This document shows, in pieces, positions 48,127 to 58,149 of a stretch of 64,000 bases of DNA; the first letter of the stretch is position 1, and the number at the start of each line of letters is the position of its first letter. The DNA lies in NCBI GenBank assembly GCA_963827755.1, contig CAWHCQ010000016.1, forward strand, positions 43,965-107,964, written 5' to 3'. The stretch comes from an uncultured Gammaproteobacteria bacterium (lineage in GTDB: Bacteria; Pseudomonadota; Gammaproteobacteria; UBA9214). The notes beneath the pieces were generated by a model that worked only from the letters and a program-made list of their open reading frames with translations, was not told the origin of the DNA and did no database searches. The position numbers and the translations under genes are program-made.

Positions 48127-49857
48127 TTATTTTTTCGTCAGCCGGGTGACGTCAACATGGATAGCCAGGTTTTGACCGGGTTTCAGGTAGCTGTCCCCGG
48201 GCAGCTTGTTCCAGCTTCGCAGGTCCTTGATGCTGACATTATATTTTCTCGAGATGTCATACAAAGAGTCGCCGCTGCGTACGGCGTAATGCACCGTGCG
48301 GACATGTTTCGCGGATGCTGTACCGATATTGTTTCTCCAGATTACCAGTCGTTGCCCGGGCCTGATCACTGAACCGCCGCCCAGCTGATTCCATTTTTTC
48401 AGCTGCGCCACCCTGACCTGGTAACGGTGAGCAATCGCCCACAGGCTGTCACCGGTTTTTACCTTGTGGCTTATTTTGAAGCTGCTTGAATCCAGGTACT
48501 GCAGGCCCTTGTTCAGCGCCGCCAGAATGGAAGCATCGCTTGCTGCAACCGGTACCAGCAATCGGCTGCCTGCACGGATGCGGGTGGTATCCAGGTTATT
48601 GGATTGCTGCAGCACCTTTACAGTTGTCTGATAACGCAGTGCTATATGGCTGAGCGTTTCGCCCGCGGCGATCCTGTGCCTGAACCACCTGACGCGATCG
48701 GAGGGATCGAGCCCGGCGAGGTTTCTGGTAAAGATGTCTGCCTTGTCAACCGGTATTGCAAGTTGATGCGGGCCATCCGGGTGTGTCGCCCAGCGGTTGA
48801 ATCCCGGGTTTATCTGCTGGAAGTCATCGGTTTCCATTTCTGCCAGTTCAGCGGCGACCTCGATCTCCAGCTGGTTGCCGGTCTCGATAATGGCAAAACC
48901 GGGCGCACTGTCAATCAACGGCAATTCGACGCCATACTCATCCGGGTTGTTGATGATGCGACAGATGGCAAGCAGTTTCGGCACATAGGCGGCAGTCTCG
49001 TCCGGTAACTCCAGGTGCCAGAAGTCCGTAGGTTTGCCGGCCTTGCGGTTGCGTTTAATGGCATTGCGAACTGTGCGGCCACCGGCATTGTAGGCGGCCA
49101 GGGTCAGTAACCAGTCCCCGTTGAATTGTTTTTGAAGTTTATCGAGATAATTGAGTGCCGCATCGGTTGATGCGACGACATCGCGGCGTTCGTCGTACCA
49201 CCAGTCCTGTTTCAGGCCGAAATAACTGGCCGTACTGGGGATGAACTGCCACAGGCCGGCGGCGCGGCCATGAGAATAGGCAAACGGGTCATAGCCACTT
49301 TCGACAAACGGCAGGAGTACCATCTCACCGGGAAAGCCCCGTTTTTTCACTTCGTGACGTATATAGGAAAGATAGGGTTCACCGCGTTTGAGGGTAAACC
49401 TGATGGGAAGCGGATGTTTCGCGTACTGGTCCACCTGCCTGCTGATTTTTTTGTGGCGAATATCAGACTGGCTAAAATCACTGCGCAACAGCTGCCAGAA
49501 TTCTTCATCATGCGTGTCTGCCTGCCCTGGAATGCCTGCTGTGAGATTCTCCAGTTCGTTGATCTGCGCCAGCAAGTATTCAGTGCCTGCCTCCTGCCTG
49601 TCGACTTGCGTCAGCAAGTCGTCAACGATCGCCTGCGGTTCTTCGATCTGTACCAGCACAACTTTGAAGTCCGCTTCCAGATCTTCGATCAACGCGAGCA
49701 CGTCTTGAACATCCGCTTCCAGTTCTTCGATCTGCACGAGCACGGATGTACCCCCCGGTTTCTGAACTCGCGTGACGGATGGATAGGGCTCGGCCGCTGC
49801 AAACCCTGTCGCCAGCAGGATAACCAGGGTCACAAAAAATGAGGGAGTTGAGTGCAT
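48127..49857 (-). CDS. MltD-like lytic transglycosylase with three LysM domains and an unusual N-terminal coiled coil
   Basis: 'LLPFVESGYDP', 'AAGLWQFIP', 'LAAYNAG', 'ETAAYVPKL', three LysM repeats. Confidence 0.88.
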   Translation of the reverse strand: MHSTPSFFVTLVILLATGFAAAEPYPSVTRVQKPGGTSVLVQIEELEADVQDVLALIEDLEADFKVVLVQIEEPQAIVDDLLTQVDRQEAGTEYLLAQINELENLTAGIPGQADTHDEEFWQLLRSDFSQSDIRHKKISRQVDQYAKHPLPIRFTLKRGEPYLSYIRHEVKKRGFPGEMVLLPFVESGYDPFAYSHGRAAGLWQFIPSTASYFGLKQDWWYDERRDVVASTDAALNYLDKLQKQFNGDWLLTLAAYNAGGRTVRNAIKRNRKAGKPTDFWHLELPDETAAYVPKLLAICRIINNPDEYGVELPLIDSAPGFAIIETGNQLEIEVAAELAEMETDDFQQINPGFNRWATHPDGPHQLAIPVDKADIFTRNLAGLDPSDRVRWFRHRIAAGETLSHIALRYQTTVKVLQQSNNLDTTRIRAGSRLLVPVAASDASILAALNKGLQYLDSSSFKISHKVKTGDSLWAIAHRYQVRVAQLKKWNQLGGGSVIRPGQRLVIWRNNIGTASAKHVRTVHYAVRSGDSLYDISRKYNVSIKDLRSWNKLPGDSYLKPGQNLAIHVDVTRLTKK

Positions 49858-50050
49858 AAATACCCGTAAGGCGTATTTTCCGGTCTCTGCCAGCTAGCGC
49901 CGGAAGATGGTGTCACAGTATGCTGACAGGCAGGTAGTGGCAGGTCAATAGCCGCTTCTGGCTGGTGGGCCACAAACAGGCGGCTCGCGGCCACACGCAG
50001 GCCTGATTATATATTGGGCCAGACGGTGGCATACGGTATGCTTTCGGTAA

Positions 50051-50821
50051 ATGAACACTGGAATATCAATGGCTTCACGCGTCACTGCGCTACGTGACTG
50101 GTACCGGCGCCCGCTGGGTCGTCTGCTGGCCGAGTCCGAGCAGGACGCGCTGGCGGCCCAGCTGCCCACCCTGTTCGGTTACCACCTTATGGTGATTGAG
50201 CCGCCCTGGGAAAATTGCCCGTTGCAGGACAGCCGCATACCGCACCATTTCATTCAGAGTGTTACGCCAGCTGCGCAGCCGGCAGCCGGGCTTGCCGGGC
50301 ATACCGATGACTGGCCGATCATGACGGATTCCGTCGATGCCATTATTCTGCCGCATACACTGGAACTCAGTCGTGATCCGCACCAGGTGTTGCGTGAAGC
50401 CGACCGCAGCCTGATACCGGACGGACACCTGGTTATCCTCGGATTCAATCCCCATGGACCCTGGGGGCTGCGGCGTGTGTTTACTCCCGGACGCGGCAGT
50501 ATGCCCTGGGATTGCCGTTTTCTGGGGCTGAGCCGCATCAAGGACTGGCTCGGTTTATTGGGATTCGATACGCTCGAGAGTCATTACCTGTTTCAGCGTC
50601 CGCCCGTGCAGAATTTGCGCCTGCTTGAAAAACTGAGCTTGCTTGAACCCGCCAGTGGTCAAGGCAGGCAATTACTGTCGGCAGCCTACATCCTGGTGGC
50701 GCGTAAACGCACGACCATCGTTACGCCGATAAAACCATTGCGTTCGCGGCGCAGCCGCCTGTTCCCGGTGGGTATTCCGAGCTCCAGCCAGGGCAATGTC
50801 CGGCATGTCCGTCACCACTGA
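50051..50821 (+). CDS. Class I SAM methyltransferase-like protein (YafS family)
   Basis: 'LFGYHL', '[18 protein letters not shown]', 'GFNP'; upstream of rnhA. Confidence 0.85.
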   Translation: MNTGISMASRVTALRDWYRRPLGRLLAESEQDALAAQLPTLFGYHLMVIEPPWENCPLQDSRIPHHFIQSVTPAAQPAAGLAGHTDDWPIMTDSVDAIILPHTLELSRDPHQVLREADRSLIPDGHLVILGFNPHGPWGLRRVFTPGRGSMPWDCRFLGLSRIKDWLGLLGFDTLESHYLFQRPPVQNLRLLEKLSLLEPASGQGRQLLSAAYILVARKRTTIVTPIKPLRSRRSRLFPVGIPSSSQGNVRHVRHH

Positions 50822-51243
50822 AATATTTACCGATGGCGCCTGCCGCGGCAACCCGGGGCCGGGTGGCTGGGGTGTGCTCATGCGCCATAACGGCGTGGAG
50901 AAAACACTCTTCGGCGCGGAAGAGCTGACGACCAATAACCGCATGGAATTGATGGCGGCGATCAAGGCACTGGAAAGTCTGAAGCGCCGCTGCAAGGTTC
51001 GAGTGACGACAGATTCGAAATATGTCATGCAGGGTATCCAGGAATGGATGCCGAACTGGAAAAAGCGCGGCTGGAAGACGGCTGCAAGGAAGCCGGTAAA
51101 AAATGTCGATCTGTGGATGCGGCTGGACGAGGCAGCCGCCGCACATGATGTGCAATGGAAGTGGGTCAAGGGCCACAGCGGGCATGCTCGAAAATGAACT
51201 GGCGGACGAGCTGGCAAACCGGGCGATTGACGAGCTGTTGTAG
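50805..51243 (+). CDS. rnhA: Ribonuclease HI (apparent frameshift near 51190)
   Basis: '[16 protein letters not shown]', 'TTNNRMEL', 'WVKGHSGH'; 'ENELADELA' continues in another frame to TAG ending 51243. Confidence 0.94.
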
Positions 51244-51296
51244 TGGCTTGATCAGGATGCATCCCTGACGGATTACTGATCAATATAACAAACAAT

Positions 51297-51320
51297 CCCC
51301 TCTCCCACAGGGAGAGGGGG
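51297..51320. repeat. CCCCTCTCCC..GGGAGAGGGG palindromic repeat
   Basis: Perfect hairpin between rnhA and dnaQ; related to 9007..9043. Confidence 0.6.
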
Positions 51321-51340
51321 CAAGCGCGAAGGGGCAAGCA

Positions 51341-52129
51341 ATGAGACAGATCGTACTGGATACGGAAACCACCGGGCTTGAACCCTCGGACGGCCACCGC
51401 ATTATTGAAATTGGCTGTGTTGAGCTGGTCGACCGGCAACTGACCGGCAATACCTACCATCAATATATAAACCCTGACCGGACCATTGATGCCGGCGCAG
51501 TCGAGGTGCACGGGATCACCAACGAGTCGCTTGTCGACAAACCGCACTTTGCAGATGTGGCCGACGAGTTCCTCGCCTTTATCCGTGATTCCGAACTGGT
51601 TATCCACAACGCCCCGTTTGATGTCGGCTTTATCAATCACGAATTTTCACTGCTGGATACAAGCCCCGGTATGGTGACGGATTACTGCATGGTGCTGGAC
51701 ACCCTGACACTGGCCCGGCGCATGCATCCTGGACAGCGTAACAATCTCGATGCCCTGTGCCGCCGTTACGAAATCGATAATTCCCGGCGTGAACTGCACG
51801 GTGCCCTGCTCGATGCGGAGATACTTGCCGATGTCTACCTGATCATGACGGGCGGGCAGGTGAGCCTGTCACTTGACGCTCATGTCGACAGGCATGGTGA
51901 ACGGCGCTCGAGCCTGCGACGCCTGGATGCCGGACGCCCGCCGCTGAAGGTCATCAGGGCGACGGCGGAAGAGGAAGAGGCGCACCAGGCCCGGCTGGAT
52001 GCGCTCGACAGGGCATGTGACCGGGGCAGTGTCTGGCGGCGGCCTGAACAGCCGCCAGCAGCGTCAGGTAATGGGTATGGCGAAGGTGTCCGCGTTGATC
52101 CACATGTGTACCGCGATCTGGCGGCATAG
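51341..52129 (+). CDS. dnaQ: DNA polymerase III epsilon subunit
   Basis: 'VLDTETTG', 'HNAPFD', 'HGALLDAEILADVYL.MTGGQ'. Confidence 0.95.
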   Translation: MRQIVLDTETTGLEPSDGHRIIEIGCVELVDRQLTGNTYHQYINPDRTIDAGAVEVHGITNESLVDKPHFADVADEFLAFIRDSELVIHNAPFDVGFINHEFSLLDTSPGMVTDYCMVLDTLTLARRMHPGQRNNLDALCRRYEIDNSRRELHGALLDAEILADVYLIMTGGQVSLSLDAHVDRHGERRSSLRRLDAGRPPLKVIRATAEEEEAHQARLDALDRACDRGSVWRRPEQPPAASGNGYGEGVRVDPHVYRDLAA

Positions 52130-52197
52130 CCAAGCGCGATCACCGGCATCCACTTGAGATGCCCGCAGAAGGTGCACATGATGCGCGCCTGTCCCAT
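52064..52197 (-). pseudogene. Relic resembling the C-terminus of an NhaD-type Na+/H+ antiporter
   Basis: Minus strand reads 'MGQAR..TFCGHLKWMPVIALGYAA', then after a frame change 'IAVHMWINADTF', which resembles NhaD last helices as I recall them; no upstream body. Confidence 0.55.
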
Positions 52198-52335
52198 AGG
52201 GCCCGGGCTGCCGGAAATCACTGCCTGTTGATATACTGCGTCATATCCGGCAGCCTGCCATGGCTGCACGGTACGCAGTCCCGGTCCCGCGAGAGCGTTT
52301 CCGGACTTTTCATTGACAGCCGTGAATAAGCTCCC

Positions 52336-52698
52336 ATGTTGCGAAGCACCTTTCTCGTTTTCATCGCCGGCTGGACGGTACGCTTTCTTATCGACAAGCC
52401 GCCGGCCGGGCAGCTCGGCTTGCCGAAAGTCAGCGACAGCATGCTCGATAACTTCCAGCAGGCCTTCGATATGCTGAAGGCCGGCCACCTGGACATGGCC
52501 TATGTGTTTATCTGGGACGCGCATTACCTCGTGTTGTCGCTGCTGGGAGGACTGCTGGTGGCGCTGTTGTTCGGCGTGGTCTCGGAACAGCTGGGTCGCA
52601 GACGCATGCGCAGGAATTTTCTTCCTCCTGTCCGGAAGAAAAAGCCTGTCCCGAATGAAAGCGACGTGACAGACCCGGTAACGTCCGGCAAAGACTAG
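52336..52698 (+). CDS. Hypothetical membrane protein
   Basis: 120-aa ORF with two hydrophobic segments and a basic tail; codon usage like the backbone. Confidence 0.6.
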   Translation: MLRSTFLVFIAGWTVRFLIDKPPAGQLGLPKVSDSMLDNFQQAFDMLKAGHLDMAYVFIWDAHYLVLSLLGGLLVALLFGVVSEQLGRRRMRRNFLPPVRKKKPVPNESDVTDPVTSGKD

Positions 52699-52823
52699 AA
52701 TCCCGCATGAATGACTGGCAGCGAACTGCCCGGCTCAAATAGACTGCCTGATCTCTCATGCTACAATAGCGACGCATTTTTTCTTCGCTACCTGTAGATC
52801 AACCTCATAATAGATACCTGCCA

Positions 52824-54215
52824 ATGGATTTGTCCCTGACCTTTGATGCTGACCTGATTCGCCGTTATGACAAGGCGGGACCGCGCTATACCTCCTATCC
52901 CACCGCCGTGCAGTTTCACGACGGTTTTGGCGAGCAGCAGTATCGCGAGTGGGCGCGTTACAGCAACGATCATCCGCCGGACCAGCCGCTGTCGCTGTAT
53001 TTCCACCTGCCGTTCTGTGCGACCGTTTGCTATTACTGCGCCTGCAACAAGATCATTACCAAAAACCGTGCGCGTGCGGTTCCCTACCTGGAACACCTCC
53101 ACCGGGAGATCGCCATGCAGGGTGCACTGTTCGACAGGGACAGGAAGGTCGAACAGTTGCACTGGGGCGGCGGCACGCCAACCTTCATCGATCATGCCCA
53201 GATGCGCGAGTTGATGCGGGTTACCGGCGAGCATTTCAACCTGCGCGATGATGACCAGGGTGAATACTCCATCGAGGTAGACCCGCGCGAGGCCGATGCG
53301 GACACCATCAGGCTGCTGAGGGAAATCGGTTTCAACCGCCTGAGCATGGGGGTGCAGGACTTTGACCCGGCGGTGCAGAAGGCAGTCAATCGCAACCAGA
53401 CCGAGGAAGAAACCGTGGCGGTACTGGAAGCAGCCCGTCACCAGGGTTTCAAGTCGGTCAGCATGGACCTGATTTACGGACTGCCGCACCAGAGTGTTGC
53501 AAGTTTCGCGCGCACCCTCGACAAGGTGATAGCCGCAGCACCCGACCGCCTGTCGGTCTTTAATTACGCCCACCTGCCGGCCCTGTTCAAGACCCAGCGG
53601 CAAATGAACGAAGCCGATATGCCGGCAGCGGCCGAGAAGCTGGATATCCTGCAGCACACCATCGAACATCTGGGTGATGCGGGGTACGTGTACATCGGCA
53701 TGGACCATTTCGCCCGGCCCGATGACGAACTTGCACTGGCCCAGCACAGCAGGACCCTGTACCGGAATTTCCAGGGTTATTCCACCCATGCCGATTGTGA
53801 TCTGGTGGCGATGGGGTCAACCTCGATCAGCAAGGTAGGGCAGAGTTACAGCCAGAATGAAAAAGACCTCGAAGGCTATTACAGCCGTATCGACAACGGC
53901 GAGCTGCCGGTCTTTCGCGGTATAGAGCTGGACGCCGACGACATGCTGCGCCGCGAGGTCATCACCCAGTTGATGTGTCACTTCACCCTGGACATTCATG
54001 CCCTGGAAACCGAACAGGGTATAAAATTTTCACAGTATTTCGACGTCGAGCGAGGTGAGCTTCAGAAAATGCAGGACGACGGCCTGCTGCAGCAGGACGA
54101 CAGCCAGATCACCATTCTTCCAGCCGGGCGGCTGCTGGTGCGCAACATCTGCATGGTGTTCGATCGCTATCTGCGCGACAGCGAAGGTACCCGGCAATTC
54201 TCGCGGGTCATTTAA
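52824..54215 (+). CDS. hemN: Oxygen-independent coproporphyrinogen III oxidase
   Basis: 'GPRYTSYPTA', radical SAM 'CATVCYYCAC', 'HWGGGTPT', 'YRNFQGYST'. Confidence 0.96.
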   Translation: MDLSLTFDADLIRRYDKAGPRYTSYPTAVQFHDGFGEQQYREWARYSNDHPPDQPLSLYFHLPFCATVCYYCACNKIITKNRARAVPYLEHLHREIAMQGALFDRDRKVEQLHWGGGTPTFIDHAQMRELMRVTGEHFNLRDDDQGEYSIEVDPREADADTIRLLREIGFNRLSMGVQDFDPAVQKAVNRNQTEEETVAVLEAARHQGFKSVSMDLIYGLPHQSVASFARTLDKVIAAAPDRLSVFNYAHLPALFKTQRQMNEADMPAAAEKLDILQHTIEHLGDAGYVYIGMDHFARPDDELALAQHSRTLYRNFQGYSTHADCDLVAMGSTSISKVGQSYSQNEKDLEGYYSRIDNGELPVFRGIELDADDMLRREVITQLMCHFTLDIHALETEQGIKFSQYFDVERGELQKMQDDGLLQQDDSQITILPAGRLLVRNICMVFDRYLRDSEGTRQFSRVI

Positions 54216-54233
54216 TCCCGATAGCCATCAAAC

Positions 54234-54365
54234 ATGGATAGCACAACGACTGACAATGCCATGCTGCTGGAAGGCGCAGGGCTGGAATGCATCCGCGATG
54301 ACCGGGTGTTGTTCAGTGGCCTGGATTTCAGGCTTGGCCCGGGGCAAACCCTGCTGCTCGAGGGT
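54234..54365 (+). pseudogene. Orphan 5' fragment of ccmA (first 44 codons), diverged duplicate of 58779..58909
   Basis: 'MDSTTTDNAMLLEGAGLECIRDDRVLFSGLDFRLGPGQTLLLEG' versus 'MDSNSTDNAMLLEGAGLECIRDDRVLFSGLDFSLGP..'. Confidence 0.9.
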
Positions 54366-54868
54366 TCCGGCAATGCATCTGTCGTACTGCCAATGCCGGC
54401 ATCGTCATCCGGCTGCATCACCGCCGTCGGCTCATGGCATTTCTTGCAGTTAAGGTCGTGAATACTCTTGCCAGTTACTGCCAGACCTGCATCAAATGTC
54501 TGTATGGCCGGTACAAACGGCTCGGCCGCAAAGTGGTCGGCGACCTGCTGGACTTCCTCGGTGGAAAGCTCTTCGGCAGATTTGCACATATCGCCCACTT
54601 CACCCTTGTGAGGTCCGCTGATGTGCTTTACTTCCTCGCAGGGCCGTGCCTTGTCCCCGTAGGCGGCAAAGGAGTCCGTGATGTATACCGCAGAAAGGCC
54701 GCCGATGATCGGGATTTCGGCTTCCTTGCTGGCGCCGGCTTTGCCATGACAGTCCTCGCAGCCACTGATCAGGTCGGCAGCCGCATCTGCGGATACATTG
54801 GTGGCAGCAAGGCCCATCAGGATAAGTCCAAGACAGAGTGGAGGAATAAGGTGGGTAGTATTTTTCAT
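54366..54868 (-). pseudogene. Periplasmic diheme cytochrome c, FccA/c4-like, 3'-truncated at the ccmA fragment
   Basis: Signal peptide, 'CEDCH', 'QTFDAGLAVTGKSIHDLNCKKCH', 'DDAGI', then the frame runs into antisense ccmA sequence until 54212. Confidence 0.7.
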
Positions 54869-54947
54869 GATATTACTACGTAAATTTTCAAATAAACTAT
54901 CATATAGTCAGTAATTGCAGGCATGTGTAAGTTCCGTTATCGGCGGA

Positions 54948-57106
54948 TCACATGAACCTGTAGACATAGCGCACACCGACGAAGGTCGATGTCTGTTTCG
55001 GGTCGAGGACGACCCGGGTGCCGTCAGTGGTCGTGCCGTAGGTGAATGATGTGCCATCGCTGTACTCCCAGCTCCAGTCGTCGGTTTTCCAGCGTTCATG
55101 AACGATATCGAAGCGCAGATCGGCGTTCTTTGCGACAGCATATTCGGCAAACAGGTCGAGTTTTGCCGCCGTACTCTTGATATCAGGCAGCGGCCCAACG
55201 GTACCGGTTTGATAAAGCGTTCCCGCACCGGTCGTGAGCAGGTCCTGGTCGTACTCACTGCGGTTGCGCGTCCACTCAAGGTTGGCGCCGGCCTTGAGTT
55301 TCGAGTTCACCTTGCCCTCGAGACCGAGGCCCACCGAGTCGCCCGTGTCCTTCAGGGTGTCAAACATCTCCGCCTCGGAATAGCTGCCTGAAGCGAAACG
55401 GTGATTACGTTGCTTCGCCTCGTTCGTGTCATGCGAAACCCAGCCAGTCAGCTGCCAGTCCTCATTCAGGGTATAGCCGGCATCGACGGATACGAGCTGT
55501 GCCTTGCCATCACGCAGTCCCAGTGTGTGCCCGCTGTAGTCGTCCTTCGCGATCTCGTAGTTGAACTGCAGGTTCGCCCGGTCCGAGGGTGCCCAGTCGA
55601 TGGTAGCGCGCAGCTTGTTGCGATCGCGGTCGGCAATATTGATGGGGTCGATGCTGGCAGCGTTAAGGCCCTCACCGGGTTCGGAATTAACAGCCACTTT
55701 ATAGCGGGAACCGTCACGCTTGCTGTGTGACAAGGCCAAAGCGCCGTTGAGGGTTGCGGACATGGACTTGCGTACCTGGATACGGTAGGTCATTTCATCC
55801 CGGTCGGCGCGGAACGGTACATAGCGTTCATCATCCTTGCCATCGACAGGATTGAAGTCGCCGCCATAGGGGACGGTGCGGTCCTGGTATTTGAGATCGA
55901 CACCGGCTATCACGCTGTATCCCTCCGGCAGCCGATAGGTGCCCTCCAGCTTGCCTGACAGTGTCTTGTAGTCCAGGGGTGTGGAGTGCACGAAGGTTTC
56001 ATCGCCAGGCACGGCGTTATTGCAATTGGTACAGACAATCAGATCGTCCGGTGTTTCATCATTCACCTCGTGATAACGCAGGTTGGCGACCAGTGAGAGC
56101 TTCTCCAGTGGCCGGGAGCTGAGCCCGAGAAATACCATGGTCGTGTTAATGGCGGCATCCAGGGATGCTGGCGCGGCCGGGAAGGGGCCGTCTCCGCCGC
56201 CGCCCCAGGCCAGACCCGGTATATTGGCTGTCGGCAGATGCTCATCCACCGTGGCATGGGTATAAGACAGGCGGAAAGTACCGCGTGTTTTGGGTGTGAA
56301 GCTGTAGCCGCCGTTGAGAAAGGCCTGGTGAGCCTGGTTATCGAGGGGCAGGGACAGATTATAGGTATTGGTTCCATTGGTGGTCGTGACGAGGTCATTG
56401 TGATTTTTATACCAGTTACCGATGTAACCCCCGGACAACTGCAGCAACTCGCCGGCATAGTCCACTATCGCATCCAGGGTCTGGGTGGAGCTATCGATGG
56501 GTTCGGCCGCAAATTCAGGTGCGCCGCCGCGTCCCCAGTGGCGGTCGCCGGTTTTATCTTCGTTTCTGAAACCGATCTTGAAGTTGAGGTCAGGATGCAG
56601 GTATTTGAAGAATTTCACACCGAGTGCGTTCACGCTCCGTACCCAGTTTGATATCCCGCCCGGTTCCCGGTACATAACCTGAGCCAGCGGCGGGAACGGC
56701 CTGGTGTTTCCGTTCCCAGGCCGACGATGCCTGAATTGACGGTGTACGGGGCGATGTGCGGGATCTTGCTGTAGTCAAGGCCGACCCCCCAGTCGCCCTG
56801 GCGGTCGTAGCCGAGTTCGACGGCGCGGTTGTCAATGCCGAGATTGCGCGCCTTGACTGTCGTCCATGTGCCGGTGGCATCATCCCGCCTGTTCACGTCC
56901 GCATCGAGCAGCATCACGGTGTCGCTGTCCCTGAGGTCGTCGTAGATGCCGAATTGCTCACGTTCACCGCTCAGGTGACCAAGGCCGACCGCGATGCTGC
57001 TGTCCGGCTTGATCAGCATTTCCACGGGATCATCCTCGGCGATTGCGGCTGCCGCGAACGCCGCCAGCACGGTGGCGAGAGTAAAGACCTGATTTTTCGG
57101 GCTCAT
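54948..57106 (-). CDS. MtrB/PioB/MtoB-family outer-membrane porin (apparent frameshift near 56690)
   Basis: Signal peptide, 'EQFGIYDDL', beta-strand patterning, 'LPLDNQAHQ', 'IADRDRNKL', terminal 'VYRFM'; directly downstream of a decaheme cytochrome. Confidence 0.88.
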
Positions 57107-57123
57107 GCTTTTCCCTCCTGTAA

Positions 57124-58149
57124 TCAGCGGCGGAAACGCCCTGCAGTGGCGCTGTTCTCTGAGCTGTTGCTGCCGTGTATGTTGGTGTGACAGTTCAGGC
57201 AACCTCGACCGACTGAACCCAGATTCCTGAATGAGGTACTCGGCACTCCGGGCAGGGCTGCGGCCTGGCTCGGATGGCTCGTGTGGCTATGACACTCCTG
57301 GCACAGGAACGGCGGTCTTGACTTGAGCATCTTGGCAATCGTGGAGCCGTGTGGGTTGTGGCAGATAGAGCAGTCTTCGGTCACCGGCTGATGGTTGTGT
57401 ATGAACGGTCCGCGCTTTTCCGTATGGCACTGGTAACAGGTTTCGTTGACGCTGTCTTTCACAAGCTGCCTGGTACCCGCGGAGCCATGGGGGTTGTGGC
57501 AGTCCGAGCAGGCCATCAGGCCTTCCGGCACCGGGTGATGCGACGGCCGGTGCATCTGTGCACGCTGCTCCTTGTGACAGCTAAAGCACATCTCCGTCTG
57601 TGTTTCCTTCTCCCTGACCCGGTCGTTGGCGGTATGTATCTGGTGGCAGTTGTTGCAGGCGACATCGCGATTTGAATGGCTGCTGTCGCTCCAGAACATG
57701 CGCTCGCCGCCCTTGTGGCAGCTCAGGCAGGCGTTATTGCGTTCAGCGACCGGTGAAGCGGGAAATTGGTCTTCGTTGTTGGAGCGCTCGGCCCTGGGTA
57801 CAGCAGTGTTCATATCGTTGTAGGTGATATCCGGACTCGCGCGTTCCTCACTCGGCCTGATCTTGCGGCTGTGTTCCTCGCTCTCTCCGTGACAGCTCGT
57901 GCAGGTCGGGGTGCGTGCATCGGCGATTACCCCGTGGCGGGTCTTGCCGATTCTCAGTACAGGATAGGCATTGTCCTCGTCATGGCACTTGGTGCAGGCG
58001 GCATCACCGATCAGCACCACATCCCTGGAAGACAGCTCGCGGGCAGGAGGTGCATCGGCAAGCGCTGTATTAGCAAACAAGGCTGATGCCAGTATCAATA
58101 CAGCCAGTTTGAAGACGGAGCGGTATGCAGACAGGTAGGCAGTGCCCAT
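57124..58149 (-). CDS. DmsE/MtrA/MtoA-family decaheme cytochrome c
   Basis: Signal peptide and exactly ten CxxCH (CTKCH, CTSCH, CLSCH, CNNCH, CFSCH, CSDCH, CYQCH, CSICH, CQECH, CLNCH); 'EKRGPF', 'IHGSN'. Confidence 0.93.
   Translation of the reverse strand: MGTAYLSAYRSVFKLAVLILASALFANTALADAPPARELSSRDVVLIGDAACTKCHDEDNAYPVLRIGKTRHGVIADARTPTCTSCHGESEEHSRKIRPSEERASPDITYNDMNTAVPRAERSNNEDQFPASPVAERNNACLSCHKGGERMFWSDSSHSNRDVACNNCHQIHTANDRVREKETQTEMCFSCHKEQRAQMHRPSHHPVPEGLMACSDCHNPHGSAGTRQLVKDSVNETCYQCHTEKRGPFIHNHQPVTEDCSICHNPHGSTIAKMLKSRPPFLCQECHSHTSHPSQAAALPGVPSTSFRNLGSVGRGCLNCHTNIHGSNSSENSATAGRFRR

Noticed and set aside
50027-50042. Sigma-54-like TGGCATA-N4-ATGCT before yafS
   Set aside because: Spacing fits, but it is a single imperfect match in GC-rich DNA with no supporting context.
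52789-52802. FNR box upstream of hemN
   Set aside because: Only the ATCAA half-site matches.
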